NCBI RefSeq assembly: GCF_018977255.1
Contig: NW_024704849.1
Location: 62,001 to 126,000, forward strand
Length of the DNA stretch: 64,000 bases
Direction: 5' to 3'
Source of the DNA: Callorhinchus milii
Taxonomy: Eukaryota
Positions 12,612-25,862 of this stretch are shown piece by piece (positions within the stretch are counted from its first letter, which is position 1; every line of letters begins with the position of its first letter). The notes beneath the pieces were generated by a model, which searched no databases, was not told where the DNA came from, and saw only the letters and a list, made by a program, of their open reading frames with translations. The position numbers and the translations under genes are program-made.

Positions 12612-13214
12612 ACTGCTGCTACAGTACGTGTAAAATTTCAGAGTGCTAATAGCAAATTACTTTCGGCCGTCTTACCTTTCCTTGTCATAACTCATCCACT
12701 GGAAATGTTTGCCTTAGTGTCAGAGCTTCCTGGAACATCCGTCTCCAGTCTCATTCATATCATCTAACTGTGACTTATCTGTGCTTAAGTTGCTCGCCCA
12801 TGTTAATTTAATATAACACATTTTGTTTTTTAAATGACTGTTTTGGTGACACTGCTGTACACAATTGGCTCCCCCTTTTAGCCTACAGAAATGACAGACA
12901 ATTCACTTACACTGTAAGCTGTGAAGCTCTTTGAGACGTCTAGTTCACCCATTCATATTGCTGACCTTCGGAACACTATAAACATTTCTTCAGTGTGTTC
13001 TTTGTTTCCAGGCATTGATTTTACCTGATATAGCTGCACAACATGAATCGAGTTCATCTGTTATCCACAGGTCACAAGTACAGCTTTCTGAGTGTCACGT
13101 TTTGACCAGAGATCATAGAAACTTGAAAGTTTGTGTGTTTCAAAGCACATCAATGAGACACGATTAATTGCAACGATTCTGAATGTGAGTAATACGTTGA
13201 TACCTCGCACTGTA

Positions 13215-13345
13215 TACCACACGCCAATCATTCCAGTTCACGCCAGGCTCCACCGGTTCCCTGTGATTTAACTGATTGATTTCAAGAACCTCATACCCGT
13301 CTTCACTCCCTTCATGCCCTGGCATTTACCTCCATATCTGAACAG
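13215..13345 (+). mobile_element. L2 LINE ORF2 fragment
   Basis: Degenerate LHRFPV...IDFK...PPYL motif matching the L2 ORF2 C-terminal region. Confidence 0.5.
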
Positions 13346-13450
13346 ATATAATTGCTGTTTAGTTGGTCGATCGATGCAATGACTCCCCCTCGCGGTTTAG
13401 CTTCAAGTTGAAGTTTTTGTACGGAGACGCCATAGCACGGCAGCAGTGTG

Positions 13451-14315
13451 GGCTCCTTGGCGCAGTAATACACGGCACTGTCAGTCATCAGGACTGTGTC
13501 TATATTCAGTTCAAATTCTTCACTCGTTTTTTCGACAGTGGAGTAAAATCGGTTTGGAAAGTCTCCTGGGATTCTTCTTATCCTTTCCTCCAAAAGACCT
13601 AAGTATGTAGACAAGAACGTTCCTGGAAGCTTTTCTGTACCAGTAGAGATAGGAGGCATTACTGATTTTCTTTAAACTGCAGTATATTTTGACATCTTCT
13701 CCCACTTGAGCCAATATTTCATCAGTCGATTGTTTACCAGGGTCGTGCAGGCTGATTCCTGTGATAAAAATCAATACATTTGTAGTGGGATAAGTTTCCG
13801 TTTGCGGAATCCTTTCGGGTATTGGTTAAAACACTCGCCTCGCATGCGAGAGGAACCACGCAGGTCGTAAACTTAGGCAACTTTCCTTACTCAACATGTC
13901 AGTCGATAGTTGCATGAATTTACAAGCGATAATAATCTGTTCAACAAGAAAAGTGAATAATAATACATATTGGTCACTCTATCCTTCGACTGTTTGGAGG
14001 GATCGGCTGTGCCAATTGGCTGCCATGTTCGACACACAACATACACATTCAGCTCATTTTACAGAGTATAACGTGAAGCACTTCGAGACGTCTCAAATAC
14101 ATCAAAAGGCGTTATATCAAATGCACGGTTTAATACTATTATCGAAATTGTATCAAATGCATGAATATTATTTTGATATCAAATGCATAGATATTACTAT
14201 ATTTTTTCAAAACGTAATATAAGTTATTTAACACCGAAAAAGGCATAAAACGTGACAAACGGCAAAGTAAGATGAGAGTTATTGAGAGCACAGCGCACGT
14301 CTCCCACATGAGCAT
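13451..14315 (-). pseudogene. V pseudogene, family C (single frameshift)
   Basis: Leader 14261-14315 MLMWETCAVLSITLILLC. V exon 13451-13758 frameshifts after the CDR2 region (apparent 4-nt insertion); both halves are visible in the ORF track. RSS: CACACTG 13444-13450, 23 bp, ACAAAAACT 13412-13420. Confidence 0.88.
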
Positions 14316-14392
14316 CCTGATCCCTGTCAGAATCGAGATAAGGCGCTGTATCAAATGACAACGATTGGTATTGTTTTACGTGTCAGAGAAGG

Positions 14393-14660
14393 TTGGACGC
14401 GGTATTCAGTGGAAGCCCCTGAGTGTGTGCAAGTGGTTAGACTGTGGACTAATGTGTATCGGCTTCACATCCCCTGGGGCAGGTGTCAATTTGGTAACGA
14501 GAGGAAACGAGATATTGAGAGTGTTCAAAGCGATAGGGAAGGGCCAGGTGATGTCAGCAGTTGCTCAGATTTCTCTGCCCCAGTTAGTTGCAAGTTTCCT
14601 TCCTCCCACTTTCTGCTCTATGCATCTGTATTACAGAAATTTGGGTACAAAATACAGTTT
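14393..14660. repeat. ~270-bp interspersed element (also ~24788-25050, ~29304-29550, ~31290-31560)
   Basis: Shared core GGTATTCAGTGGAAGCCCCTGAGTGTGTGC...GGCTTCACATCCCC...AATTTGGTAACGAG...GTTCAAAG in four co-oriented copies. Confidence 0.8.
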
Positions 14661-15420
14661 TCCAGCATAATTCATGTGTACAAGTTATTGTAATATAAGT
14701 TGCATTTTCTCAGTGTTTCATGTATTAATATTTATTTTTTATAAACTCTGTGTCTGACACATAGGGAAACTCATCACCATTTTTATGAGTTCGCAAACCA
14801 GACTGAGACAAACAATATAAAGCTTATATTTGATACGGTGTCTTGTCACGTCTCGGAGTCTTCTCAAAGCACTTCACATGAAATTCTGTAAACTGCAGAC
14901 ACTGTATGATTCGTGGGAAAAAAGCTTGGCGGCCAATTGCACCGAACGTCAAAAATAAGTAATAGTAATCATTGCAGTTGAGAAATCACCTTAATGAATC
15001 TTCGTGACGGCTGAAAGCGTTTCACAGAATACTTTGCAATGGGAACTGACTGCACTGTCGTGTAAGATGGCGGCAGTAGTACCCGTCTCTGAAGCGAGAG
15101 GACTTGAGTTCGATTTCACGGGTAACATTCCTTCATGATCAACAATAAATCGGTTAGTAAAGAACGACTGTTCCTGGACAGTGCTGTGCGCAGTTGACTG
15201 CCATACTTCTACCGCAAAATATACGGTCAATTCACTTTACAGCATATTTTGTGAAGAATTTTGTAACGCATTGAAGAAGGGATAATGCACTTTATCAAAC
15301 TCAAGGATTATTGTTATTATATTAAAGCTGTTTTATTGTTTTCTGTGCAGCAAAGTCGCCCTCTCATAGTATATTGGCAAAACAACTAGTACAGAGCTGC
15401 CATAGCACCACAACAGTGTG

Positions 15421-16228
15421 GGATCCTTTGCGCAGTAATGCACGGCATTGTTATTGATCAGGACGAAAATTTCTCAGTTCAATTTCTTCACTCGTTTGTT
15501 GGACAGTGGAGGAAACTCGATCTGGGAAGTTCGGATACCTTTCATCCTTTCCTCCAACAGAGAGATATATGGGAAACAGGAGGGTTCCTGGAAGCATCTC
15601 TGTACCCATAGAGACTTTAGGCATCACTCATTGTCTTGAAGCTGAAGGATAATTTCACACCTTCTCGCTCTTCAGCGTATATTTCAGCAGCGATTGTTTC
15701 GCAGGGTCTTCCAGGCTGATTCCTCTGATTAAAATGAACACTTATCGACTTGGATAAGTATATGTTGTCTGGATTCCTGTTGGTATTCGATAAAGTACTC
15801 GCTTCGCAAACGAGAGGCCACGGGCAGAGCGAAACCTCAGACGGATCTCCTTAACCCTCACGCCTCTGCTTACTGAGCAGAAAGTAGAATCCTGATTGTT
15901 AGTCGATTGATCGATAATTTACCACGGATAAATCCCTTCATCGATATCACGAATGGCCATATGTATTTGTCCCTCTATTCTTCGACTGTTTGTGGGACAC
16001 TGCTGTGTAAATTGGCTGTCACGTTACTCCAGCAAAATGGAAAAACAATTCGCTTGACCGTAATATACCGTGAAGCGCTTTGAGACATCTCAAAGACATG
16101 ACACGCTGTTATACAAAATGCGTGGGTCATTATAATTATATGATGAAAAACATATGCAAAATATTTTGAAACGGAAAAGTAAGCTGAGAGTCATTGAGAA
16201 AAATAGCCCATATCTCCCACATGAGCAT
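15421..16228 (-). pseudogene. V pseudogene, family C (multiply disrupted)
   Basis: Leader 16173-16228 is 1 nt too long. V exon (~15421-15722) has a frameshift, stops and loss of Cys23 and Trp41. Heptamer CACACTG 15414-15420, nonamer decayed. Confidence 0.88.
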
Positions 16229-16599
16229 CCTGATCCCGAGTTTGCCATTAACTCCAAACATGTGACTGTTTATTGCGAAAGTTCATGATATCTGGATTGA
16301 TGGCTATCTTTTTGGGTCTTTGGCACAGTCACTGCCGCGCACACCCAGAGCCCAGCCCACCCAGTCAATGTCCGGCCCAACCAGTGTCCCCCCCTCATTC
16401 AGTCGGTGCCCCGCCAACACAGTGCACCGCCCCGCTGAACCCGGGTCCACACGATGTCGAACGGTTACAATAACCCGGACAACGAGGCTTGGTATCTCTC
16501 CTGTTTGTAGCACATTTCGGCTGCTCTGTTTGTCCGCATAACACAACTCCACACACAATGGCGACAGTCAAAGTAATAATAACAATCGCATTTCAAACA

Positions 16600-16960
16600 A
16601 CAACAATAACAACCACAATTTGGGTTTGTATAGCGCCCTCCAGGCCGGACGGCGTCTCAGAGCGCTTCACAGTCACGGATCTCGGGGCCGAGTCACGGGG
16701 AGGTGGAGGAAGGTGAAAAAAAGGAGCGGTCGACAAGAAAGGTCTTCAGCGGCGACCTGCAAGTGGGAAGAGAGGGAACGGTGCGAAGGGAGACAGGAAG
16801 GTTATTCCGGAGCCTCGGGGCGTATTGGCGGAAGGCACAGCCGCCGAAGTTTGAGAGGAGGACTCGGGGGACAAGGAGGAGGCCATACCCGGTGAAGCGA
16901 ACACAACGGGCGCTGTTGTGAGGAGAGAGGACGTCAGAGAAGTCGGGGTGGTGACCCACT
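16600..16960 (-). mobile_element. L2 LINE 3' fragment
   Basis: ORF 16693-16959 contains LLLVPRV...GGCAFRQYAPRLRNNLPVSLR...LKTFL, the L2 ORF2 C-terminus, followed by the AAGCGCT...GCGCTATAC tail. Confidence 0.8.
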
Positions 16961-17586
16961 AATGGTCTTCGCTCGAAAGAAGTGATGCTTTAAAGATTTT
17001 TTTTAGGAAATATTACCGCAGGATAATCGATCCACCTAGTCACTGATATCCAGTTTCTTACTTACCCGAGTGTGTCAGAGGCGTGGGTGTGGAGTCAGAA
17101 AACGTGCCTTTGGTTTCGTCTTCCCCTATCCAGCCTGTGAATCGGACCCAGGTCCTCTCGCCTGTAAGGCGTGGGCTCTAATTAATATGATACAGCACTC
17201 CACGATGGGGAAAACGATAACAAAATTGAAAAAAAGTAACACAGAATAAACCATGGAATATGAGTATTCAAAATAACCATAACTATATTTGATATATCGC
17301 CTTACGACGTTTTCGACAACTCTCGAAGCGTTTCACAGAATGCACCGTCGACTGAATTTAATGTCCGTTTTGTGGCCGAAACTTGTTAGAATTTTACGCC
17401 CAGCAGTACATTTGATTGAGTGACCACATAATTTGCTTATTTTCGGATTAATTCCCGGAAAAGCAACCTGCCAATCGGTTAACACTCGTTTTCCTACTTA
17501 CTGCTGGGGAAAGAGAGGCGGATGTTCCCTTTGTACAAAGTGAAGGCAGTTTTTGTACGACACTTGCAGTGCAGTCTTTCACTGTG

Positions 17587-18472
17587 GTGAGGCTAAATGC
17601 ACAGAAGTACACAGCGCTGTCAGACGCCACCAGCACAGAGATGGATAAACTGGTCATAGATTTGGAGTTCTGTAGTTGAGCATTGAAACGATTTTCAAAT
17701 CCTTTTCCTTTGAATGGACTGTCGCTCCCAGAAAAATATCTCCGAATAAACTCTGGCTGTTTGTATGGGTAATGTCGGTACCAGAACAGATAATATGGGC
17801 CTCCGGTAGTTGGATAGGTAAATTCGACAGTCACAGTTTCTCCTTCTTTCTTAACCACCGTGGCATGTTTCTGAGTCACAGAGTCCCCCCCCCCCCCCCC
17901 CCCCCGCCCCCCACAGAGATGTGTAATAAACATGGACGAACACGACAATATACTGTTCACACGCTTACCTGCCCTAATGCGCTGAATAAATTCAGTAAGG
18001 ATTGGCGCTATTCGTAATTTTTTGCGCAAAATAAGGCAGCCATATGCGCACCGGTGTCTCTTGCATTCACTCTTGCAATGAGTTACCTTATTATGAATTT
18101 ATCTCATTTTTTAACGGTTTCTGATCCTCAGAAAATTAATTCAAGGACGAAAGGTTCAAGTGAATACATTATTATTTGTAAGGAATTATTACTTCTTTAG
18201 TTCAAACGGGGGTTATATATCAAACATGTTCCTACTGACTGCTTGGCAAAAAGAGACGTGTGGAGCAAGGAAACTTGCCTAAGATTTCGCCTGGGAATCG
18301 ACCTCTAATTGTCACGCAATTAAGCTAATGCTCTAAATAATGAGCTACAGGCTTCTCTCCACCAGTTGTTGTAGAAACGGAGCTGACAATCAGATGCAGC
18401 ACTGAATTTGCTCGACACAACCTTACCTGACATAAACGTTCCCAGCACAAGGCAGACAGCAAACAGCCGCAA
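17587..18472 (-). pseudogene. V pseudogene, family A, with open frame and perfect RSS
   Basis: Leader 18427-18472 starts TTG instead of ATG. Acceptor AG>AC at 17921-17922. Cys23 replaced by Phe (VTVEFTY). In-frame poly-G expansion 17885-17912. RSS: CACAGTG 17580-17586, 23 bp, ACAAAAACT. Confidence 0.82.
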
Positions 18473-20319
18473 TGCTGCCCTTCAGCCTTTGTGGTTATGT
18501 CTGTGAAAAACGCTGATGATAACCCACAGAGATCGTTGTCGATATCAATCTCACATCACTCTTTCGATATCTGATATGTATTTCCTTCACTGTGTTTGAT
18601 CTACCCGGTGTCCGACACGTGAAGAAACCCATCGCCATGCTTAACAGTCTATAAACCAAGCAGACACTTCCATCTATCCCACCTACAAGTGGAAATACCA
18701 GGGATAGAGTGTTGGAATGGGAATGGGCACTCCCTCTCTCTCCCTGGAGGAATGCATCCTGCTTAACCGATTCATTGATTCACCAGAGTTTCCGGCGAAG
18801 AGACAAGGCTTGGGGCAGCTCCTTATGCGTTGGGGTATCTGCTGGAATCTAACCAGCTAAAACCGCATTGATTGGCATTGAGAGCGATGTCTGGCAAGCT
18901 TTCACCCTGCTTGTCCAGGTATGAATATCCTACCCATTAGAGCTTTCGCTTGCAGGGAGAACAGTAGTTTTGAGATAGGATTCCCTACCTCCTGTGACTG
19001 GTATGTCCTGTCCTGAGCTTCCCATGTGACTGTGTACTCACGAGCAATTCCTTGGAATACTGCGGACCCGCATCGTTCAGGAAGTGGGCGAGAGACCGCC
19101 CAAGAGGCCTGAGACGATTCCCACAATCTATTGCCAGGCATTTGACAAACAACATATGCAGTAAAGTTACTTTAACGTGTATCTTATGAATAAATCTTAA
19201 AGTCGAGATATGGCGCTGTTTCAAATGCAAGGCTTGTTATTATTATATTTCCGTTCCGAACACCACTAAACATACAGTTAACTTACTTCACAGTGTATCA
19301 AGTGAAATGCGTTGAGACTTCCCAAAGACGTGAAAAGACGCTGTAACAAATGCAAGATTCATTATTATTATTACTGTTATTATTATTCAAGTTAATGTTG
19401 CTGTTAATGCTTTTATTATTACTATTGTCATTATAATTACTTCATCTACTATTGATAACATTATCATTGTTATTAACATTATTTTTGTTGATGTTGTTGT
19501 TATTAAGGTATCTTGGCGCAAAATCAGAACGTCGTGCTACTCCTTCACTTTCATGCAAGCAAGTAATCAATAGAAAAGACAGGAAAAAGAGAAAGGAACG
19601 AACAACAGCACCTCCTAATCTGCACACGTTAAACCATATCACTCGGGAATGGGTTCCTTAGGGAATCCTATGCACGGTTTCATACCAGTTCAAAAGAGAT
19701 AATCAAACGGCAGTCCCATTAAAGGGGTAGTTTCATCATGTTACCCAAGGTATACGCAAATAGAAAAATATTCCGAGTAATCATGGATTGATTGCAAATG
19801 ACTTTTGGTTCTGAACCGTATGAATTCAATCGTGGATCTGTGGTGAAATCGAGCGGAAAATATCGAAGTAAGCTTTGCAACTACATGGGTACGCGATATT
19901 GTTGAGCAACGGGCTTATCATAAGTATTGCAACACAGGAAAAATTACATTTGTGAAGCGCCTTACACCCAAGACGTGTCTGTAGCTCACTGGTTAAAACA
20001 TTCCACTCGCAAGCGAGAGACCTGGGTTCGCTTCACGGGCGGGAAGGCGAATCCTTGGGCAAGTTTCTTTACTCCACACACATAAACACACGCCAGATAA
20101 TGATCCATCATGGAAAAAAATAAGTCAACAAGACAAAAAATTATACTGGACTAAAACAACCCACGCCCATTTGTGGGACACTACTGCGCGCATTTTCTTC
20201 CCTTATTTCCCTCAGAAAAAAATCAGTCGCTACACTTGAGTGTTTATTCTGTGAAACGCTTTGAGACGTCTCAAAAGCGTGAAAAGGCGGTCTGTCAAAA
20301 CGAAATGGTTGTTATCATT

Positions 20320-20800
20320 CAGGTCAGGAGGACGTCCAAACGCGCTGGACAGACAAGTATTTCTTCTCGAGCTGGAGTTCTGGATCAAAGAGGGTGGAGG
20401 AGAGTAAGGGTAGCAGTGTGCCTAAAGGCTCGTTCGAAGTGAACGGATTTAAGACGCGCCTTGAAGTAGACAAGGGCGGGAGAGAGGCGAAGGGCATTGG
20501 GATGGAGATCTGTAGGTTAGTGGCAGAAAGTCTGAATACCCGGCCGCCGATGGTAGGACAGGTCGGGCGTGGGACATGGAGCAGACCGGAGCCTTCTGAG
20601 CGGAGGAAGCCGACAGATTTGAGCCTTGATGTTGAGGACGAGAATTTTGAATTCTATCCTCTGGGGGATAGGGAGCCAATCGAGCCGGGCAATGTTGGGG
20701 GTGAATGGGTCAAGCAGCTTTCTGGGGAAGAGGACATGAGGTGCAGAACTCTGAAGATCTGCAGCTTTGTGATGGGAAGAGTTGGAAATATCGACTAGAA
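20320..20800 (-). mobile_element. L2 LINE ORF2 3' fragment
   Basis: ORF 20517-20849 contains HHKAADLQ-SAPHVL...FTPNIARLDWLPIPQRIEFKILVL, a characteristic L2 motif. Confidence 0.85.
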
Positions 20801-21219
20801 GGGAGTTGGTGCGTCGAGCCTTGTCGAGCCTGTTTCTACAGTTCCTCACTTCGATTAAACTTCATCAGTTTTAATCTCCTTCCCAAATTAAACGCAAAAC
20901 AACTGATCATAATTGGCGTTTAAAAAATCTCACAAATGTATTATCGCATTGATATCAACTTGAGGGCGACTGCTTATTTGGGATGAAAACGATGAAATAG
21001 AAAAAGGGTCACACCAATTGTTTCTTGAGCAAACTAAGCCTTGTGTTATTCATGCTTAAGACACGGTTTGTACATTTCATCTGAAGCAGCACTAGTTTAT
21101 GAGTGTACCAAAGTCAACCGTCACAGGAAGCACCTGTTATTGCTGCCAACGAAGTTAGTTACAGAAAGAAACTTGACAAGTTATGCAACTTGCAGTTCAT
21201 GTTATGTGTGGCTTTAGTC

Positions 21220-21235
21220 CGCCATCTGCTGGTGG
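21220..21235 (-). promoter_or_regulatory. CTCF motif within the repeated module
   Basis: Minus strand CCACCAGCAGATGGCG matches the CTCF core CCASYAGRKGGCR and is preceded by TGCTGTAG, resembling the upstream U-motif. Confidence 0.7.
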
Positions 21236-21792
21236 ATTGCCTCTACAGCACGTCTTAACTGTCCAGGTCCGATCTGCTCCACCAGAAATTTATTTATTAG
21301 TCTCATTTCACTGCTCATTCCTCATAGTGTCTGAGCTTCACTGGAATTTTCGGCTCCAGTCAACTTCACAAACTCTTACTGTAACGATTCTCTGATTTTA
21401 TTTGTTCCCACACTTTAATTTTATTCTTCGCTCTTTTCCTGTAGTCTTGAGTAATAAGTTTCTGAATATTGAGCAAGGATTGCACACTTACGCGGTAGAA
21501 AAAACACATGTATATTTATGGAGCTCCAGTCACATCAGGAGGATGCCCCAAGGCGCTGACTACACAATGTATAAAACACGAAATAATCTTCATATTTCCT
21601 CTTTGCATACATGAGTGTACTTTAATTACTGACGTGGACCAGCATGGACATTTGTTTAGTTAGTGCTTCGATTCCAGGCATTAATCGAACCTATTGTAAC
21701 TGCTCAACCTGAAATGCTCTACCAGGTTCACCCATATGGTATCGTTTGCAAGGCGAATACTCTAACCCCGGAGCTACAGAACTCCAAACGGC

Positions 21793-21850
21793 AATTTTTG
21801 TAGGGTGGAAACGCTGATCTGTGCCTTAGCGCACAGTAATACCCAGCGGC
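21793..21850 (-). pseudogene. Family D V remnant (YYC region plus RSS lacking its heptamer)
   Basis: AATTTTTGT nonamer, spacer and GCACAGTAATACCC align to 23465-23530, but ~10 nt including most of the heptamer are deleted. Confidence 0.7.
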
Positions 21851-23503
21851 ATCGTATCTGCTGGCGTTTGGGAGCCAGTGGATCTGGGCTCGTATGGAGG
21901 CATAGACTCTTGATTCACCAAAAAAGAATTTACTTCACAGAATTATCCATGAAGCGCTTTGAGACGTCTCGAATTCGTCATGCAGTGCTATAGAAAATGC
22001 AAGGATTATTGTCATTATTGTGAATGCATTCATTTGGTTGAAGTTGAACCATGCAGCCCAGCCATAAGCAATACATGTTTACTTTCTATCATGAAGGCTT
22101 GGGTGGCAACCTGCCTCTCTTGATATTACTTTCTCTTAGGTGTCAGAATGTTTTTCGTTCAGGATCCCATTCTGCACCATGATCTCACAGTCTGGACTGC
22201 AATTCTTATTCAGGCAGTTTGAGGGTTGTAGTATTAATTAGCTCTAGATAAAAGCCACCGCTCGCTTCAGGAATATCTGTGGGGAAATAAATTTATGAAG
22301 ATTGCCTGTTGTGATTGCCCACAAAATAACTCCATTTATTTTTGACAGCAGCTGGTTTCATCATTTTGGTTACACCTGCAACATGAAAGGCACTATATCA
22401 AAGGCAAGAATTGTTATTATTATAATTACTGTCAAGTCCTGTTTGGAATTGAGTCCAGAGTCAGGGAATGTCCATCTAAGATAGTTCTTCATTTCCTAAA
22501 TTAAACGAAGCCATGTCAATTTTAATCTGCTTACCAAAGTAAACCAAAACAAACCACTTAACAATATATAGTACATGTATTAGCGCAGTGAGATCCAGTT
22601 AAGGGCTTCCGCTTATTTGGGCGAAAGTTAATAATATAAAAAATAATAAAATTAAATTGCTTCTTGAGCTACCCACTGCCTCGCTTTGGATACACCTCTG
22701 TACATTAGAGTTGAAGCACAAATAGGTTTTGTGATGGAACTATGCCAACAGTCAGAGGAAGCACCTGTTATTGCAGCCAAGTAAGTTATTTACAAAAAGA
22801 AACGTGGCAAGTTTTGTAAGTTGCAGCTGATGAAATATGTGTATTTAGTGACTCATCTTCTTGTTAGACGTAGCTACGGCAGTTGGACAACTGGAACCAT
22901 TTGAAAGCAAATTGATCTCATCCCCACTTTAATTCCTCGGTTGTGAATGGCGATATAAAAATGCAAGTTGTTGTTTTTCATGCTTTCCTACATACTGAAG
23001 CAGCACAGAAAGACATGCACGTGTATCGAGACTCACATGAAAGCGAGACGTTTAAAATTATTTCAGTGACTATATCTTGATTGTATTTAATAATAATAGT
23101 AATTGCATTCTTGCGGATGTTATAGCGCCTTACCACGTATTCGAGACGTTGCTATTCTTCGTAAAATACGCTGCAAATTAATCGATTCACACAGTGTGGG
23201 TGAAAAGCGGAAGCTAATTTCCGCACATCAGTGCACCAATGGATTGAGTGACAAATATATTATTATTATTTTGAAGGAAATATTACCACTGGAAAGAACC
23301 GACAATCGACTAAAAAGCGGTTTACTACTGACAGCTACCTAAACAGAGACGAGTGTGTGGAGTAAGGAAACTTGCTCAATGATTCGTTCCTCTGGCAATT
23401 TAACCCACGTCTCTCGATTGCGAGGCGAGTGCTGTAACCTCTCAGCTACAGGAACCCACACCGCAGTTTTTGTAGGGCGCAATCGCTGATCTGTGCCTCT
23501 GTG

Positions 23504-24131
23504 GGGCTCAGTGCACAGTAGTACCCCGCGGAGTCTGCAACTCTCACTTGTAATACTTTCAATTGGACGGTTCTGCCCATTTCATCCACATTCGCTGAGA
23601 AACGTTCTTTTGCAAAGTCTGCATTTTGCTTGATCCTGTTGTTGGAGGATGTGCTGAGGATAAATTCTGGAGATTTGTTGGGAAAGTGACGGTACCAGAA
23701 CAGATAGTTATTGGTGGTACTTGCAGCTGTATAATTACACTGCAGATAAACAAACTCCCCTTCATTCACTGTCACAGTAGATTGCAGCTGTGTCACAGAA
23801 TCTCCTCCACAATGTCCTGGGAACACACACACATCAGCGATCAACAGCAATAATAATATTTGTATTAGTACTTGGATTCGATATAGACGCAAGTCGCACA
23901 GTTTATCTCCATATCCCTTAATCCTTCTATCTTTTAGAAACCTATCAATCTCTGTCTTGAACCTGTACATGGACTGAGCATCCGCAGCCTTTTGCGGTAG
24001 AGAATTTCATAAAAGCCATAAATAAAATATAAACATTTGATAATATATGCAGGAAACAGGCGGGTAGAGTTAGTTTATGGTTTACCTGATAGGGTAATGA
24101 TCACTGCTACCACAGAGATGTACATCGTCAT
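23504..24131 (-). CDS. TRAV/DV: TCR alpha/delta V gene, family D, apparently functional
   Basis: Leader 24086-24131 MTMYISVVAVIITLS, G|GTAAA. V exon 23504-23816 GHCGGDSVTQ...C...WYRH...YYCALSP. RSS: CACAGAG 23497-23503, 23 bp, ACAAAAACT 23465-23473. Confidence 0.92.
23895..23990 (-). mobile_element. CR1 LINE 3' fragment in the leader-V intron
   Basis: FKTEIDRFL...IKGYG is the CR1 ORF2 C-terminal motif. A longer homologous fragment occupies the same intron of the paralog at ~63645-63860. Confidence 0.75.
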
Positions 24132-25862
24132 ATGTATTTAGTGGCACAGGGCGTTGAGGGAGGGTTGATGGTGTTGTTGGAAAATGTTGGCTGGGAGGCT
24201 GTAAGATACCGTGTGGAGGAATGAACAGGAAATAACCAACAGAAGTTACTTTTTACTGTGAGTGAGCAGGTCTTAGGGTTATGCCCAAACCTTGTGTCTG
24301 TGTCATTATGCGTCATTTTCTCTGCTCTGCCATATCGCTCCTCCATTGGTTCTCTCAAATCACTGATATGTCTTTGTTCAATCGGGTGCCTGAAACCTGC
24401 AACAAATTACACCCATTTTTAAGTTTATCAAAAGTTCAAACATGAGATGAGGATATATATGCCATCTGTGGAGTTCTGTAGCTCACGGATTAAAGCCCTC
24501 GCCACACACCGAGAGATGTCGGTTCGATTACCGGCATGGCCAACTGTTGTTTAAATTTCCTTACTCCACCCTCAACACTGTTTACCGCGCAGTAGGTAGG
24601 AACCTGGTAGTTAGTCGATTGCTGATTTACTTTCTGGGTATAAATATCCTGTTTCGCCTTCAACATGCACAGCCAATATAATTTAGAGTATATTCGGTGA
24701 AGCAAATTGAGACATCTCAGAGGCGAAATTATTCGCTCTATTCAATGTCAAGGTTTATTGTAATATAGATAATCAAAAGAAGGCAGGACGGGTATTCTGT
24801 GGAAGCCTCTGAGTGTGTGCAGATGGCAAGACAATGACCTAATGTGTGTTGGCTTCACATCCCCGGGGGCAGCTGTCAATTTGGTAACGAAGTGAAACGA
24901 GGCATTGAGAGGGTTCAAAGTGAAAGGTTAGGAGCCACATTTCCTCAGCAGTTTCTCAGCTGTCTCACCCTCAATTAGTTGAGAGCTTTCTTCTTGCCAC
25001 TCTCCGCTCAAGGCTACTGGGTTACAGCAGTTTGGGGACAAAACACAAGTTTCTTAGCATCATTCAATTCTACAAGTTACTGCGTTGTACTATTTATTTC
25101 GATGAATGAGACTTCACAGATTCACATTTATTTTTCTTAACCGGTGTCTGACCCATGTGGGGACACCCATAGCCATTCNTTTTTTAATATCCAAACCAAC
25201 CTGTGTGTTATAATAATCGCCAATGCCTTTCATATCAAACCTGATCACTTTTTCGAGTAGTCTATACGAACTTCGCAGGAAACAGTGTATCGACAGTGTA
25301 TTTTGTAGACAACAACTTGTAGCTACGTACACACAGCAGTGTCTCGCAAACAGTCTTCGATCGAGTGATCAACTTTTATAATCGACTAAAAGCGATTATC
25401 CAAACTCCTATCAACCGGGTTCCTATTTGCGACTCAGTAAAGCAATACAGATATAATAAACGTTGCATTTGATACAGTCCTTGATCACGTCTTCGTGACA
25501 TTATGCAGCATTTCGTAGGTTGTACTGTGTAGGGAATTGACTGTGTCTGTTATGGGATAAATACGGCAGCCGAATGCACCCAGCAGTGTTCCACATAATC
25601 TTGTGGAATGAAGTGAATTTCTCTTTTCTTTTTAAAGCAATTATTAGCCCCGGAAAAGCGATCTGCCAGTCAACTAACAGACATGTTGCTACACACTGCG
25701 CGGTAAACAGACGAATGTGCAGTAAGAAAACTAGCACAACATTTTGCCAGGACGGAAACCGAACCCAGGCCCTCACGCTTCCGAGGCGAGGGCTCTAACC
25801 ATTGAGTTGCAGTAAACCTAACATGTTTTTGTACAGGTCCCTCTTAGACACACAGCACTGTG

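Noticed and set aside
23446-23970. 174-aa ORF apparently fusing MYRFKTEIDRFL... to a V domain
   Set aside because: The N-terminal part is an intronic CR1 fragment that happens to be in frame. The true leader is at 24086-24131 with canonical splice sites.
24461-24475. GCCATCTGTGG resembling a CTCF half-site
   Set aside because: Three mismatches to the core and not within the repeated module.
23440-25830. SINE heads ending ~10 bp from RSS nonamers (23454, 25814, 58708, 62812, 21780)
   Set aside because: Four of the five are family D paralogs that inherited one insertion. With this SINE density, one further case is unremarkable.
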